Positions 24,611 through 25,039 of a stretch of DNA of 25,039 nt are shown piece after piece. The stretch comes from a virus (taxonomy: Duplodnaviria > Caudoviricetes). The notes beneath the pieces are model-generated. The model was not told the origin of the DNA, searched no databases, and saw nothing but the letters and a program-made list of their open reading frames with translations. Position 1 is the first letter of the stretch. Every line of letters begins with the position of its first letter. Position numbers and translations under genes: made by a program. Where the stretch lies: IMG/VR virus record IMGVR_UViG_3300033475_001786, positions 1-25,039 of that record. One strand, given 5' to 3'.

Positions 24611-25039
24611 TTACAGGACTATGTCTTTTTCTGAGGCGGCAAGTTTGGGGCCATTCTCAAAAATCTCTATTTTAAGCGTGTCGTCAGTTTTGTCCTGCGA
24701 TTTTCCGGCGCTCTTTTCGCTATGCCCCATGGCTTTCAGTGCATATATGGCGCCGGTGGACGAGTGCAGCCTTGACTCGTAGATGGCCTCGATATATAAG
24801 CGGGCACGTTTTAGACGCGAGGCAAACTTGCCTTTGGCTTCGCGGGCTTCAAATTCTGCGAGGCTGTTAAAGCCAAGGTAGAATGCCAGGCCTGATAATG
24901 TTGGCGGGCCGGATGGTGCAATGGTATTATGGTTTGCTTTCTTTTCTTCTGCCGACGGGCTGCCACCGGCATAGCTGAAGTAACAAAGGATCAGGTCATC
25001 TAATTCCCTGGCCGATTTGAAAGGTCGTTTATAGCTCAT
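24611..25039 (-). CDS. terS: Terminase small subunit (DNA-packaging gp3-like)
   Basis: FKSARELDDLILCYF, PPTLSGLAFYLGFNS, LKRARLYIEAIYE and GAIYALK motifs; ATG lies at the window edge. Confidence 0.85.
   Translation of the reverse strand: MSYKRPFKSARELDDLILCYFSYAGGSPSAEEKKANHNTIAPSGPPTLSGLAFYLGFNSLAEFEAREAKGKFASRLKRARLYIEAIYESRLHSSTGAIYALKAMGHSEKSAGKSQDKTDDTLKIEIFENGPKLAASEKDIVL

Overview
The window is one minus-strand, siphovirus-type (non-contractile tail) virion morphogenesis cluster. The host is probably Bacteroidota (A-rich translation starts without obvious Shine-Dalgarno sites, a SprB-like repeat, lipoprotein cargo; Sphingobacteriaceae/Mucilaginibacter-like by inference). Order from the right: small terminase, large terminase, tail assembly chaperone with a probable -1 programmed frameshift, two tail-completion genes, two large tail-tip proteins, tape measure, a small HTH protein, a duplicated promoter/operator, Clp protease-scaffold, major capsid, tail tube, portal, head-tail adaptor, collagen-like tail fibre, LamG protein and a holin-like gene. 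No integrase, repressor, replication gene, sheath or endolysin is visible, but the window ends exactly at gene boundaries. Six AT-rich envelope genes interrupt the cluster at four sites, five of them antisense and one between terS and terL. Many spacers carry degenerate 7-8 nt or 13 nt repeats. The main hypothesis (inference) is a domesticated, gene transfer agent (GTA)-like particle locus with its own late activator and TGACA-N6-TGTCA operator, rather than a recently arrived prophage. All family assignments come from motif recognition by eye; no searches were run.
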